Counted from the whole stretch's first letter, positions 22,984 through 36,450 are shown. The stretch: DNA of 63,115 nt, filler included, from Thraustochytrium aureum (GCA_012862495.1; 6 parts of 3 records of this genome joined end to end with filler, not necessarily neighbours in it), one strand, 5' to 3'. Notes: a model not told the origin generated them from the sequence alone. Translations and numbers: made by a program.

Positions 22984-23786
22984 TCAATGGACGAGCCAAA
23001 ACTCGTCTGCGAGGCGCGGCACGCTCCCAGCACCGGCTGGCGTGGCCCAAAACTGCCAGTTGAGGTGGGTCGCGTTGTGGACGTCCACGATGGCGTGCCC
23101 AAACTCGCCGTAAACCCCGCCAGCAACAAACCGCTTGTCAAACCCTCGCCTATTCGGGCCCTCCGTGTTGCCGCCCGCGCCATTCACAACGTAGACGGGG
23201 CAGTGCTCCGCTGCGGTGCACTTGCGCCCGTGCTTGACCGGGAAAGAGCGCTCGTAGTTGTGTATGTGCGCACCGATGTACAAGTCCACCCCATGCCGCA
23301 AAAACATCGGCTCAAGGAGGCCCCGGAGCCACGGGCTGATCCCAGTTGGATAGTCAAAGATCTTGGACGCGTACAATTGGCGGTGGCCGACGACGACGAT
23401 CCAGTCCACCTCGTGGGACGCGCGGGCGCGGGCTAGGTCCTGCTCGAGCCACGCGAGCTGCTCGCCAAAGCCGCCGCCGCGGCCGCCTATCAGCGTACCC
23501 CGGGGCTGCGTTGGGGCGAGCGGGAAGTCGCTCTCGGTGTCGATGCACGAAAAGTGGACCCGACCGTACTGGAACGAGTACCACATGCTGTCGACTGGGC
23601 CAGCCCCGCTCTCCTCGGAGGGCATGCGAAAGCGCGACCGGTAAGCGGTAAAGTTGCGTTGGCCCTCGTCGCAGTCACAGTCGGTGATCACGTTGCACGA
23701 CACGTCGTGGTTCCCAGGGATGACCATGTAGGGCACGCTGGAGCGAGCGACTCGATACGGTCCATGAACCCGTCGTATATCATTTC
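22984..23786 (-). CDS. Purple acid phosphatase (metallophosphoesterase), C-terminal part; frameshift near 23743
   Basis: PYMVIPGNHD, WYSFQYGRVHF..DTESDF, WIVVVGHR, GVDLYIGAHIHNYER, PVYVVNGAGGNTEG and NATHL motifs. Confidence 0.92.
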
Positions 23787-25504
23787 NNNNNNNNNNNNNN
23801 NNNNNNNNNNNNNNNNNNNNNNNNNNNNNNNNNNNNNNNNNNNNNNNNNNNNNNNNNNNNNNNNNNNNNNNNNNNNNNNNNNNNNNNNNNNNNNNNNNNN
23901 NNNNNNNNNNNNNNNNNNNNNNNNNNNNNNNNNNNNNNNNNNNNNNNNNNNNNNNNNNNNNNNNNNNNNNNNNNNNNNNNNNNNNNNNNNNNNNNNNNNN
24001 NNNNNNNNNNNNNNNNNNNNNNNNNNNNNNNNNNNNNNNNNNNNNNNNNNNNNNNNNNNNNNNNNNNNNNNNNNNNNNNNNNNNNNNNNNNNNNNNNNNN
24101 NNNNNNNNNNNNNNNNNNNNNNNNNNNNNNNNNNNNNNNNNNNNNNNNNNNNNNNNNNNNNNNNNNNNNNNNNNNNNNNNNNNNNNNNNNNNNNNNNNNN
24201 NNNNNNNNNNNNNNNNNNNNNNNNNNNNNNNNNNNNNNNNNNNNNNNNNNNNNNNNNNNNNNNNNNNNNNNNNNNNNNNNNNNNNNNNNNNNNNNNNNNN
24301 NNNNNNNNNNNNNNNNNNNNNNNNNNNNNNNNNNNNNNNNNNNNNNNNNNNNNNNNNNNNNNNNNNNNNNNNNNNNNNNNNNNNNNNNNNNNNNNNNNNN
24401 NNNNNNNNNNNNNNNNNNNNNNNNNNNNNNNNNNNNNNNNNNNNNNNNNNNNNNNNNNNNNNNNNNNNNNNNNNNNNNNNNNNNNNNNNNNNNNNNNNNN
24501 NNNNNNNNNNNNNNNNNNNNNNNNNNNNNNNNNNNNNNNNNNNNNNNNNNNNNNNNNNNNNNNNNNNNNNNNNNNNNNNNNNNNNNNNNNNNNNNNNNNN
24601 NNNNNNNNNNNNNNNNNNNNNNNNNNNNNNNNNNNNNNNNNNNNNNNNNNNNNNNNNNNNNNNNNNNNNNNNNNNNNNNNNNNNNNNNNNNNNNNNAATC
24701 GGCCTCCTCCAGCCCGTGGCAGACACCCAAGCGCGGCCAGCGCTCGCGAGGCCTGTCGTGCTCCGCTGCGCGAGCAAACCAGCCAGCCAGCCAGCCAGCT
24801 CCCGCGCCTGCAGCTCTGCAGCTCCTGCGCAGACCTTCGCGCGAGCGTTCGGTGTCTGCCAGAGCTCGCTGTCGGCGATTGCGAATATCGTACTTGCCTG
24901 CGGCTCGAGTGCAGCTCCGAAAACAATCCCAATCCAGATTCACAATCCCATCGCCCTCCCCTCACAGAGAGCACCTGTGCCCCCTCGGGGAAAATGCACC
25001 TGTCCCTGCAAGATTCGCTCACTTGAGAAATAGAGTCAGCGGGTTCCCCTCTGGGCTATTCTCCCGACGTAGAGTTGAGAGTCGCCCTCTGCTCCCTCAG
25101 CTGCATCGCACGTAGCTAGCTACACAGAGGTTTCGCAACGGCAATACGCCCCCACTGTGGAGCCGCGACGACAAGCTCCAACACACAACACAGTGGTACT
25201 CTCTAATTTAAGAAAATATTACTGTGGTGGTACGGAATTCGGCACCAACTTGAACAAAGCCGCACCCTCCTCAGAATTCAGGAGAACCCGTATACACGCA
25301 GGTATCGCAAAAGGGAACCAAGGGAACCCACAGGCAAGCTGAACAAGGGAACCTACACATGGAGGGGTAGGGCAATACCCCACCCTCGAGAAATAGTGCA
25401 CGGTGGTGTCGCAGGGTGGTGAGGTGGAAGGGAGGCAGGCAGAGCCGCAGGCGGGGGAGGGTCGGCGGCGAGCGCGCGTGCGTGGCGAGCAGCGCGCGGC
25501 GGGC

Positions 25505-25582
25505 AGTCAGCCAACCAGTCAGTCAGTCAGTCAGTCAGGCAGTCAGGCAGACATTCATTCAGCCAGGCAGGCAGGCAGGCTG
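25505..25582. repeat. Mixed (CAGT)/(CAGG)/(CAGC) tetranucleotide microsatellite
   Basis: Direct inspection. Confidence 0.75.
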
Positions 25583-25714
25583 GCCGAAGCGCATGCGCTG
25601 TGAGGCTTGCTGAGGGTCGGCTGCTCGGTGTTGTGCGCGTCGCCCTGGACGGTTGGTCCGGCTTGGGAAGGCACTGCCGAGCAATTGGGGCCGCGGCGAG
25701 GCGCGCCTGCGAGC

Positions 25715-28700
25715 ATGCGATGGAGGAGGAGGTCCTGGTGCGCCGTGGGGGCCGGTGCGGCTGTGGCGTTGGTTGGGGCCCTGGGTGAGTCCGTGCGGGC
25801 CTCGGAACAAACGGGGCCTGGAGCAACGGCGGCTGTGGCAGGGCGCACGTACGCCGAGGTGTCGTGGCAGTGGGGGCTGACGATCTTGCGGGCCACGGCG
25901 CCTTTTCCTCCAAGGTGAATGAGACGTGTTCGTTCAGTGAGGCGCTCAGTGAGGAAGCGCCTCCGAGCGCGTCTGGCGGCCACAGCCACGAGAGCGACGC
26001 TGACACCGCTCTGCCCGACGCTGCACAGCCCNNNNNNNNNNNNNNNNNNNNNNNNNNNNNNNNNNNNNNNNNNNNNNNNNNNNNNNNNNNNNNNNNNNNN
26101 NNNNNNNNNNNNNNNNNNNNNNNNNNNNNNNNNNNNNNNNNNNNNNNNNNNNNNNNNNNNNNNNNNNNNNNNNNNNNNNNNNNNNNNNNNNNNNNNNNNN
26201 NNNNNNNNNNNNNNNNNNNNNNNNGACGCTGCACAGCCCGACGCTGCACAGCACGATGAGCGTCGCAAGGGCGCTGGGAACGTGGCCGCTGAAGCTCCTT
26301 CAAAGAAGCGCGAGCCGCTTGTGGTCCTCAGCCCGGACGAGTTTAAACAAAAGGTTCTCGGATCGCCTCCAAACAACAGCAAGGAGGAGGAAGGTGGCTC
26401 GACCCGGCCCGCTGCTGACGGCAACGGCGACGATCCAGCCACGACTGCTCCAAACCCCCCTGGTAGCCCGTTGCAGGCCACGTCGCCGCCCTCCTCGGAC
26501 GCAGCACAAACCAGCGGAAGCGCGAACGAATCATCTCCGCCAAACAGCCGTTTCGAAGCCGCGGAAGACGATCGAGCGCGAGAAGCGCCCGCCTCGCCGG
26601 GCGACCACGCCAGTCTTGACGACGTGGCGCGCCCTGATCCGAGTGCCAAAGCACGGCTGGAGGGGCAAAGCGAAAGCGGCGACAACGGGACAGAGCTTGC
26701 AAGCTCAAAAGGCAGTAGCGATGACGGTCCGGCTGAGCGGGGCGCCGAGACAAAGCAAGTCGAGGAGAACGCGGCCGCGGCCGCGGCCGCACCAACTCAA
26801 CCAGCAGATCCCCATGCCGCCGACACCAATGTGGGCGTTGCGCACAAACAGCAAAGCGCCGAAAGTAGCGACCTCGGTGGTGGCGCTCTCCACGCCCCTG
26901 TCTCTGGCCAAGAGGCCCCCAAGCGGAGCAGGTTCTCGGAGCCGGCAGAAGAGGCCCTCAGCGACGCCGAACGGGCCGCCCAGGCCAAGGAGGGGCGCGA
27001 AGAGCACCAAAAACTGGAGGAGGAGCAGAACGAGGAGAAGGACATGGACGCCGCAATCGACCAGGCCCTGCACGGAGAAGGACTGGCCGACCTCGAACAT
27101 GGCATGGAAGACGACGACGACGGCGGCGAGCAATTCAACTTTGCGTCCCTGGACGCCGGCGCGATCATCATGAGCCACAACAAGGCCATGAAGCACAGCT
27201 CTGCGCTCCTTGTTTCAGATAGGGACAAGTACGCGCTTTCGCCCTGCGAGGAGGAGCCCCTGTGGGTCACAATCAGCCTGAGCGAGGAGATCGAGCCCGA
27301 TATTATCGAGCTGAGCAACTTTGAGCGCTACTCGTCCACCGTCCGCAAATTTCAAGTCCTGGGCGGGAGCTCGAAATACCCTGTCAACGAGTGGGACGTG
27401 CTCGGGGAGTTCGAAGCCAAGCCAGACTTTGGCGTGCAGCGCTTCACGATGCAGCAGAAGGCGTGGGTGCGCTACATCAAGTTTCGCTTCTTGACGCACT
27501 ATGGGGACGAGTTCTATTGCACGCTGACGGAAATCCGCGTGTACGGCTCCACGGATAGGTTTGAAGCGATCCACTTGGACCTCGACAGGAAGAACGTCGA
27601 GGTGGAGCGACTCAAGGAGACCATCGACAAGGCCGTGGTGCACTCGCCCGACCAGCTCGAGCAGGCCGAGCTGGCAGAGCAGCGCGCGATTGACGCCCGC
27701 GAGCAGGCGGACACCCTCGCTGCCGCGGCGGTAAATAAGCGGGTCGCAGAGGCGGAGGAGGCCGCAGCAAGCGCTGCGTCGAGCTCGCAGCCTTCCGCTC
27801 CCGATCCCGCCGCTTCAGAAACGGCCGAGCATGCCTCGCTGGCCGCCGTCGAGGAGCAGCCGCGCGGCGGCCAAGCAGACGCCCGGGACCCGCCCAGGTC
27901 GGGGAGCCACGGGGACGCTTCTGAGGCCGCGGATCCCCGCAGGGTGGTCGGCGAGGCATCCGCAATGGCTCAGCAAGCGGCTAGCGACAAGCGTTCGGCA
28001 GAGGCGTCGCAACCCGCTGAGAATGTAGAGACTTCCGTGCAGGACGGCGGAGCGGATGACAGCGGGGACCGCACCGTGGGGCAGGAAGAAGGCGAGGCCT
28101 CTGCACCGAACTCGAATGACGTTGGCGAGGCCGCCGCGGCAGGCAAGAGCGGCCAGGTGGAAGAGCGGGGCAGCGGGCAAGCGCCAGCCGCCGCTGCCGA
28201 GGGAGTCGCATCAATGGGCAATGCCGACGATGCCGGCGAAGCTGCTGCGGAGCCGGTCGCGACGCAAGACTTGGCAAGCGAGGGCGCCAACGAGACTTCT
28301 CCGCCCGCTTCCGCTGCAAGTGACGCTTCGGCCGCCCACAGCCAACAAGACCGCCTGCCGGACCCAGAGCAGATCGCAGGTGGCGGAGCCGCCGACGCGC
28401 CAGAAGTGGGCGAAAGCCCCGACGCGGAGCCCAAGAGCGCTGCGACGCCAGAGCTGGCGGGAGAGGCAGGCGCGAGCACTGCCCCGGAGGGCGGCCAAAA
28501 CGGCGCGAGCGGGGCCAAAGGCGACCCTTCCGCTGACGTGGACCCGACCAAGTCGGCATCTCGAGGGTCCAGCGAACGGGCCCCAGAAAAGGACAAGTCC
28601 CGTGGAAGGCAAAACAAAAACTCGCTGGAGAGCGTGTTCAAGTCCTTGACCGACAAAATCATGGATCTTGAGATCGACCAGTCGCTCTTCAAGAAGTACC

Positions 28701-29065
28701 TGGAGCAAACGAACGGAAACTACGCGAGCGCCATCCGGACGCTGCAGGGCGACCAGGAGGCCGCCGAACGTGTCCAAGCTGAGCTAGAGTCGCAGCTTGG
28801 CGAGCTTCGCGAGCAGGTGCAAGCCCTCTTGGACCGGTCCGCGGAGGACACGGTCGCGCGGACGAGCGACCTGGATGCGCTGCGTGAAGAAGTCGACGTG
28901 CTGCGCTCCCGGAATCTGCAACTCGAGGACAACCTGGCCGACATCGTGTTGGCCTGCTTTGCCGCGCTCGGGTTTTCAGCCCTCGTCATGCTTTGCACCT
29001 GCGTGCGCGTGTTTAGCCGCGACGTCTTCCACCCTGTAGAGTACTGTATCCTGCCGGGCGCCTGA
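25715..29065 (+). CDS. Mid-SUN domain ER membrane protein (SUCO/Slp1/Osteopotentia type); frameshift near 25860 and a DAAQP repeat spanning a gap
   Basis: Signal-peptide-like MRWRRRSWCAVGAGAAVALVGAL. SUN domain FNFASLDAGA..DRDKY..PC..LSEEI..NFERYSS..WVRYIKFRFLTHYGDEFYCTLTEIRVYG. Coiled coil ESVFKSLTDKIMDLEID..YLE and a C-terminal TM helix. Confidence 0.9.
26017..26253 (+). repeat. 15-bp coding tandem repeat GACGCTGCACAGCCC (DAAQP) flanking an N gap
   Basis: Unit present on both edges of the 26032-26224 gap. Confidence 0.75.
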
Positions 29066-29133
29066 GCTCGCCCTGCGGCAGCAACATCGGGCAGCCCGCG
29101 GCCCGTTTTCTCGTCCTTAGCTCGAATGAAATT

Positions 29134-29756
29134 TTAGTAACATGTCATGTCGCCGCTCGCTCGCTCCTCGGCACGAACGACGACAGCGCCAGAGAGCGAG
29201 GAAAAGAAAAGCTCTGGGTCTCTTGCCGCGTGCGAAGACACAAGGCCTGCCGCCGGCTCGTCCAAGCCAGCCGCATCTTGGTGGCCCATTTCGTCGCCTT
29301 CCTCGTCGTTCGAGTCGAGGTCGTTGCTGCCGTCTGCAGCGCTTTCAGGACCTTCCTGGCCTAGGTCGTCTTCAGCAAGGTCGACCGGCGCCGCAAGGTC
29401 CTCTTCGGTGCATTGCGAAGTTGCAGAAAGCGGCGCAAATGCGCGGTTCCCAAGTCCACCCAGTTCCAGTGCCAGAATAGGCCCAGTCGCTTGCAGCGAC
29501 TCCAGCAGCACGTCTGCCAGAGGGAGTTGGCGTATCGCTCTATGATTGCCGACCGCGCTAACGCGCAGTCTTCAGCTCGACAGGCTTTCCATCACAAGCG
29601 GCTGCAAGCGCCGCAGTCGCATCGGCGTCCACGGCATCCGCAATTCATCCCGAGCGGCAAGTCCAATCTCTCCGTCCGCGTTTCTCGGGCAAACCATGCA
29701 CAGCGGCTGGCACCTAAACTTGAGCTGGATCGGAAAAAAACGAGCGGAACGCTTTT
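29134..29756 (-). CDS. Possible acidic hypothetical protein fragment, frameshifted
   Basis: ORF 29134-29511 has coding-like acidic composition. It extends upstream in frame to about 29570, and further only with frameshifts. No family recognised. Confidence 0.3.
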
Positions 29757-29922
29757 NNNNNNNNNNNNNNNNNNNNNNNNNNNNNNNNNNNNNNNNNNNN
29801 NNNNNNNNNNNNNNNNNNNNNNNNNNNNNNNNNNNNNNNNNNNNNNNNNNNNNNNNNNNNNNNNNNNNNNNNNNNNNNNNNNNNNNNNNNNNNNNNNNNN
29901 NNNNNNNNNNNNNNNNNNNNNN

Positions 29923-32900
29923 AGGACTCGGCACCGCACTGCGCAGCAGCGGCGCTGGCGCCCTGGAGAGCGGCGGCGTGGTCGCGCAGAGCGGGTTTAG
30001 GAGATCGAGGAAAGGCAGAGTGGCTCAGGTGGTCACGGAACGGTACCTGCGCGACGATGTGGGCTTGGGGAGGCTCGCAGGTCGGGCGGCGATCATGGAC
30101 GAGCAGGAGCTCGCTCAAGTCCTCGGCGACGAGCATCTGACGAAGGAGGGCCTGCGGCTGGTGCTCATTCTGGACACAAACGTTGTGCTCCGGCAGATCG
30201 ACGTGCTGGAGCGGGAAGACTGCGCTGCCTTTCACAACATTGTGCTGTGCGACACCGTGCTCCGAGAAGTGAAAAAGCTCAGCCTGACAGTGTACAATCG
30301 CGTCTTATTGTTGCTTCGCGATGACAAGCGGTTCGTGCTGGCGTTCCCTAATGAAAACCACCGGGAGACCTGGTCGCCGCAGCGCCTGGCCGAGTCGTCC
30401 AACGACTACAACGACCGGCTCATCCGCGACGCCACAAAGTGGTACGCGGCGCAAGTGGAGGGCAGTGGCGTTGCCAAAGTGATGCTTCTGACGAACGACC
30501 GCGCGTGCCGCGACCTCGCGCGGAAAGAGGGCATCACGGCAGAGTCGATCCAGGCTTTCGTGGCGTCAATCTCCGCGACCTACCCCGGCCTGATCGATCT
30601 CGTTGCCGACTCGGGCGAGGCAGCGGACCGCCGACCTGTCAACAGGGGCGGGGCGGAAGAGCCAAAGTTCCCAGCCCACTTGAGCCTTCCGGAAGTCAAC
30701 CGGCGCCTCAAGGCCGGGACGCTGGTGCAGGGCGTTTTCCGGGCCAACACCTTCAACCGAGGCGAGGGGTCGATCATGGTGCACACCAAGAAGGACGAGG
30801 GCGGGCGCAAGGTGGTGATTCGCGGCTTTGTCGCCATGAACCGGCTATCGACGGCGATNNNNNNNNNNNNNNNNNNNNNNNNNNNNNNNNNNNNNNNNNN
30901 NNNNNNNNNNNNNNNNNNNNNNNNNNNNNNNNNNNNNNNNNNNNNNNNNNNNNNNNNNNNNNNNNNNNNNNNNNNNNNNNNNNNNNNNNNNNNNNNNNNN
31001 NNNNNNNNNNNNNNNNNNNNNNNNNNNNNNNNNNNNNNNNNNNNNNNNNNNNNNNNNNNNNNNNNNNNNNNNNNNNNNNNNNNNNNNNNNNNNNNNNNNN
31101 NNNNNNNNNNNNNNNNNNNNNNNNNNNNNNNNNNNNNNNNNNNNNNNNNNNNNNNNNNNNNNNNNNNNNNNNNNNNNNNNNNNNNNNNNNNNNNNNNNNN
31201 NNNNNNNNNNNNNNNNNNNNNNNNNNNNNNNNNNNNNNNNNNNNNNNNNNNNNNNNNNNNNNNNCTCCCAAGCGAGGGCAAGGCCTGGAAGGTGACGCCG
31301 GAGAACTCGGTCGGGCGGACAGACCTGCGCCATCTTCCCGTGTGCAGCATCGACCCCCCGGGCTGCAAAGACATTGACGACGCGCTCCACGTGCGGTGGC
31401 TCGACAATGGCAACGTGGAGGTTGGCGTGCACATCGCGGACGTGACGCACTTTGTGCGCGCTGGAAGCGAGATCGACATGGAGGCCGCCAGGCGCGGCAC
31501 CTCGACCTATCTGGTGGAGCGCCGCCTCGACATGCTTCCAGGCCTGCTCACCACCGACATCTGCTCACTCGTTGGCAAGGTTGATCGATTCGCCTTTTCC
31601 GTGATTTGGGAGCTCACGCCGCCCCGCAACGACGACGAGCTCGGCCACAAGGTCCTTGCCCGCGCCGACCGCGCTCTCCAGCACGGCGCCCAGCCGAGCC
31701 ACCCGGACGACCACTTGGACGGCCGAGGCCTGCGCCAGGTCAGCGTGCGCTTCTGCAAGAGCATCATCCACTCGCGTGCTGCGCTCTCGTACGGCGAGGC
31801 GCAGGCCTGGCTTGAAGACCCCTCAGCCTCGGGCGAGCTCCCTGACGCGGTGCGCATGCTCGACCGGATCGCAAAAGTGCTTCGGCGCCGCCGCATCGAG
31901 CGCGGCGCGCTCACGCTGGCCTCCCAGGAAGTCCGCTTCAAGCTCGACAACGACTCGCACGACCCGACCGACGTGGAGATGTACCAGCAAAAGGACGCCA
32001 ACATGCTGGTGGAGGAGTTTATGCTGCTCGCCAACATCACGGTGGCCAAGCGGACCGTGGAGCGCTTTCCCTCGTATGCGATGCTGCGCAGGCACCCGAA
32101 GCCGTCGCGAGAGATGTTTGACGAGCTTCTCGCCGCGACCCGGCTCGCGGGCGTCGAGCTCAACGTGGACACCTCCAAGGCGCTTGCAGACTCGCTTGAC
32201 CTCGCGGTCAAGCCGGACCGGCCGTTTTTCAACAAGCTCGTGCGCATCCTGGCGACGCGCTGCATGATGCAGGCAGTGTACTTTACTTCGGGCGAGTTTT
32301 CGCCGGCCGAGTTTGGCCACTACGGCCTGGCCTCCGACATCTACACCCACTTCACCTCGCCGATCCGCCGCTACGCCGACGTCGTCGTGCACAGGTTGCT
32401 CGCCGCCGCGGAGAACATCGACCCGCTCCCCCTCTCTTACGAGAGCAAGGAGGGGATGAAGGAGCTCTCCGACAACCTCAACAAGCGCCACCACAACGCC
32501 CAGCTTGCGGGTCGCGCCTCCATCTCGCTGCACACTGTCGTCTTCTTCCGCAACCGCACCACGGATGCCGTCGCCATGATTTCCCGCGTGCGGGAGAAGG
32601 GCATTGTTGTTGTCTGCCCCGAGTATGGGATTGAAGGCAAGATCACGCTGGCCAGGGACGACGAGGAGGCCGCTGTGCTCTTCGACTTTGACGCGGCGCA
32701 CATGCGCCTCACGCACAAGGCCACGAAGACCGTGCTCGGGATCTTCGACCAGGTCCGCGTCCGCCTCCACGTCGAAACGCGGGCCGGCTACAGGCAAAAC
32801 TTGGTGGTCACCTTGGTCGACCCCGCCATCCCGAGCCCCGGCGCGGACGAGTCCTCGTCGCTGCAGGCGCCGTCGCCAGCCCCTCGCGCGCCAAGCGCGG

Positions 32901-32958
32901 CGCGGCCCCTCGCGAGGCGGCTCCTCCAGCCAAGAAGGCCAGGCGCGGCAAGCGCTGA
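29923..32958 (+). CDS. DIS3: Exosome catalytic subunit DIS3/RRP44 (PIN + RNB + S1); start and middle lie in gaps; probable frameshift near 32882
   Basis: PIN motifs LDTNVVL, NDYNDRLIR..KWY and LLTND. RNB motifs SIDPPGCKDIDDALH, LVEEFMLLAN and YTHFTSPIRRYADVVVHRLL. An alternative frame ends in the NLS-like PPAKKARRGKR*. Confidence 0.95.
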
Positions 32959-33062
32959 GCGCGCGCCCGCGCCGGGATCTGCGCCATTGTAGCCATTCTA
33001 GCTCTAGTCGAAGGCAACGCAAGCACCATTGCGCCAGTCTCCCCGCGCGGCCACGCCGCCGT

Positions 33063-33118
33063 CCGTGCCGCTTCGCCCGTGCCGCCTCGCCCGTGCCGCT
33101 TCGCCCGTGCGGCCTCGC
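33063..33118. repeat. 14-bp tandem repeat x4, CCGTGC(C/G)GC(T/C)TCGC
   Basis: Four consecutive copies read directly. Confidence 0.9.
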
Positions 33119-33638
33119 CGAGCAGCTCCAAGGCCTGGTTCATTCAAACGAATCCTCGCCATCGAGCACGCCATCNNNNNNNNNNNNNNNNNNNNNNNNN
33201 NNNNNNNNNNNNNNNNNNNNNNNNNNNNNNNNNNNNNNNNNNNNNNNNNNNNNNNNNNNNNNNNNNNNNNNNNNNNNNNNNNNNNNNNNNNNNNNNNNNN
33301 NNNNNNNNNNNNNNNNNNNNNNNNNNNNNNNNNNNNNNNNNNNNNNNNNNNNNNNNNNNNNNNNNNNNNNNNNNNNNNNNNNNNNNNNNNNNNNNNNNNN
33401 NNNNNNNNNNNNNNNNNNNNNNNNNNNNNNNNNNNNNNNNNNNNNNNNNNNNNNNNNNNNNNNNNNNNNNNNNNNNNNNNNNNNNNNNNNNNNNNNNNNN
33501 NNNNNNNNNNNNNNNNNNNNNNNNNNNNNNNNNNNNNNNNNNNNNNNNNNNNNNNNNNNNNNNNNNNNNNNNNNNNNNNNNNNNNNNNNNNNNNNNNNNN
33601 NNNNNNNNNNNNNNNNNNNNNNNNNNNNNNNNNNNNNN

Positions 33639-36103
33639 GCCGCGAGCGAGCAGCGCGAGGCCTTGGCGAAGCTGGTCGGGGAGACGGTGGGCGAGGCGAA
33701 CAAGAGCGCGCTGGATGAGATTCGGTCGGCGCTTGAGCTCCTGGAATTGACGCGACTCAAGCGATCTTGCCGCGGGGAACAGGATTCCTGCGCACTCTTC
33801 GCAGAGCTTGTCTTGCGCGCTTGCATCGGCCGCCACCCAGCGCGACGCGACGGAGCCTGCTCGGTTCTCCAGCTCATTGCCTTTGCCGGCAAGTTCGTCG
33901 TCGAGTATGCTGCAGAGCTTGCCAACGCATGCATCTGCACCCCCGATGATCCGGTCGAGATTGTCGATCGGTGGCCGTGGGCCGTCAAATGCGCAACGGC
34001 GCTGGTCTCGTCGTCTCGGCCAGCAGAAGCACTGCGATTCGCAGCGCGTTTGGTGCGGCTGGCTCCCGATGCGCTCCTGTCGGACGATGATATTCGAAAT
34101 CTCGTATCTGCGACGGCTGAGCGCATGACGCGCGAAGCACCGAGCGGTATGTTGGCATCATTCTCTGATTGGGCCGGGATATGCAGCAACGCAGCGAGGT
34201 TCCTTGCAGCGATGGTATGTGAGGGGGCTGAGCGGGGTCGCGTTGAGCTCGCGTGCGAAGCCGGCCGCCTCCTTGCTGCTCGAGCGGCCATGGGGGCGGA
34301 TGGGGCGTGCTTTGTGGCTGACGCCGTCGTCGATGCGCTGCATGCACGTGGGCCCTTGCCGAGCAGTGCTCGGGGAGTCTTGGGATTGGCGCTCAGCGAG
34401 GTGTCTCGAGAGCTGGGCGACCTCGCCTCAATTTGTGTTGATGCGTCCCAATCGCCCCTCGGATGGCTTGCTCTCGCTGTGGGTGAAAGTGCTGGGCACG
34501 ATGCGCCTTTGCCCCTTGACGCCCTCGTTGATGGTCTCGAGGTTCTCTCGTCGCTGGGGGGAAATGGCGGTGGGGCCGCGCCAGCGCAAGCGCCGCCGAG
34601 AGCCGTCTCCCCGTTGTCCGCCATCAAGTGCGCTGCAGAGAGGGACTTGCTTGATGCGAAAGGCGCGACCATGGCGCTGCTCGGCCAGCACAAAGGAGCC
34701 GGCTTAGATTATGTACGACGGGCCGCCTCCGACACGTGCTTACAGTGGTTGCAAGAGAACGGTGCAGATCTTGGAGGACTCGAATGCGCAGCACCCAAAC
34801 CAGCCCGCCTACCTTGCCGTGCGATGTTCGCGGATTCCAAAGGCAGGGTGGGGCAGCTCGTGGTCCGGATCATATGGCGCCTGGCGTGCAGCCGCGCGAC
34901 AAGAGGCTGCAAAGGTCACGACGCGGACCGCGGCTCTGCCTTGTTTGCGGCGGTGCTCGAATGGGCCAACCACTTGGCTCGCGAAGGGCTTGGCGGGGAC
35001 CCAATTGCTTGTTTGAAATGCCGGCCTGCCGAAATGGCCTTGCTCGTCGAATGCGCTGTAGGGCCAGAACCTCCGTGGGGCGCCGTTGCTCTAGCTTGCC
35101 GGCTCATCGAGGCTGGTCGGCCGGCTCCTCCTGGCGCACCGCTCCGTTTAATGCGCATCGCGTCGGGCCGGGACGCGTGCGCTGGTGCACAAGTAGCCGA
35201 AGCCGAGGCCGAGGCGAGCGTTCTTCAGGCCATCAACCGACTGGTTCGATCAGGCAACATCGATGCCGCGCTGGGCGGTGCCGCTCCAGGTGAGGTTGCG
35301 GAGGAAGTCATCTCACGGGCCAAGGAGCGCCTTCGCGTCGCAGGGGTGGCAGCTGACGTGCTCGTCGCATACTGCGAGACCGCGCTTGCTCTTCTGGGCG
35401 CATTGGCGAGCAGCGAGTTTGATCACTACGAGCGCGTCTCCGAGGCCGCTGCTGAGATTCTGCGCGACTACGAAGTGCGGTCGGACGCCGCGGTGGACGC
35501 GCTTGCCAGGCTTTGCTTTGCTGGGGCGCACGACGCGCGATCCGCGAAACCGGTGGGTTCACGTTTTGCGGCATTTTGCGCAGCGCGAACGAAGCGCACC
35601 GCTGGGCTCGCCGAGCTGGCTTGTGGGCCGCGCCTCTGGACCCCAAGCGCAATCGATGCGGGCGTTCGGCGGGCGTTAGAGGCTGCTTGCTGCACCCTTG
35701 CGCTCTGTGCGCCGCCAGATTCCCCCTTGCGCGACTTCTCGACGGGGCTGGCCGCGCTCGGGACAAGCTCCTTTCTCGGCGAAGCGAGCCAGGCTGACCG
35801 CGCGCGCTTCGCGGAGGCCGGAGAGCGCCTGTGCGCTCGCGCTCTGCCGCGCTTGCGCGAGTCCTTTGCGTGGGTCGAAGGCGAGGGCGAGGACGAGGAC
35901 GAGGACGGTACCGTAGCGGCTCGGCGCAGCGTCGACGTCGCTACTCTTGCCGAGTACAGCATGATCGCGGGGGCCGTCGAGACCGCGAGTGCAGCCCGCA
36001 GCAGCAAGCGCGGCCGGACGCAAGCCGAAGCTGGCGTTCCTCGTTGCGTGCTGGACTTGTTGTCACTAGCACGACGCGTTCATGCAAAGCTGGAGGAGAC
36101 CAG
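33639..36103 (+). CDS. Large Ala/Leu/Cys-rich hypothetical protein, possibly ARM/HEAT-like alpha-solenoid; both ends in gaps
   Basis: Uninterrupted frame of about 820 codons between two gaps with an amphipathic helical pattern; no diagnostic motif. Confidence 0.7.
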
Positions 36104-36450
36104 NNNNNNNNNNNNNNNNNNNNNNNNNNNNNNNNNNNNNNNNNNNNNNNNNNNNNNNNNNNNNNNNNNNNNNNNNNNNNNNNNNNNNNNNNNNNNNNNN
36201 NNNNNNNNNNNNNNNNNNNNNNNNNNNNNNNNNNNNNNNNNNNNNNNNNNNNNNNNNNNNNNNNNNNNNNNNNNNNNNNNNNNNNNNNNNNNNNNNNNNN
36301 NNNNNNNNNNNNNNNNNNNNNNNNNNNNNNNNNNNNNNNNNNNNNNNNNNNNNNNNNNNNNNNNNNNNNNNNNNNNNNNNNNNNNNNNNNNNNNNNNNNN
36401 NNNNNNNNNNNNNNNNNNNNNNNNNNNNNNNNNNNNNNNNNNNNNNNNNN

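Noticed and set aside
31823..33022. Long antisense or alternative-frame ORFs overlapping DIS3, dyskerin, DDX54, SLC26 and others
   Set aside because: Expected shadow ORFs from high GC3 codon bias; no independent motifs.
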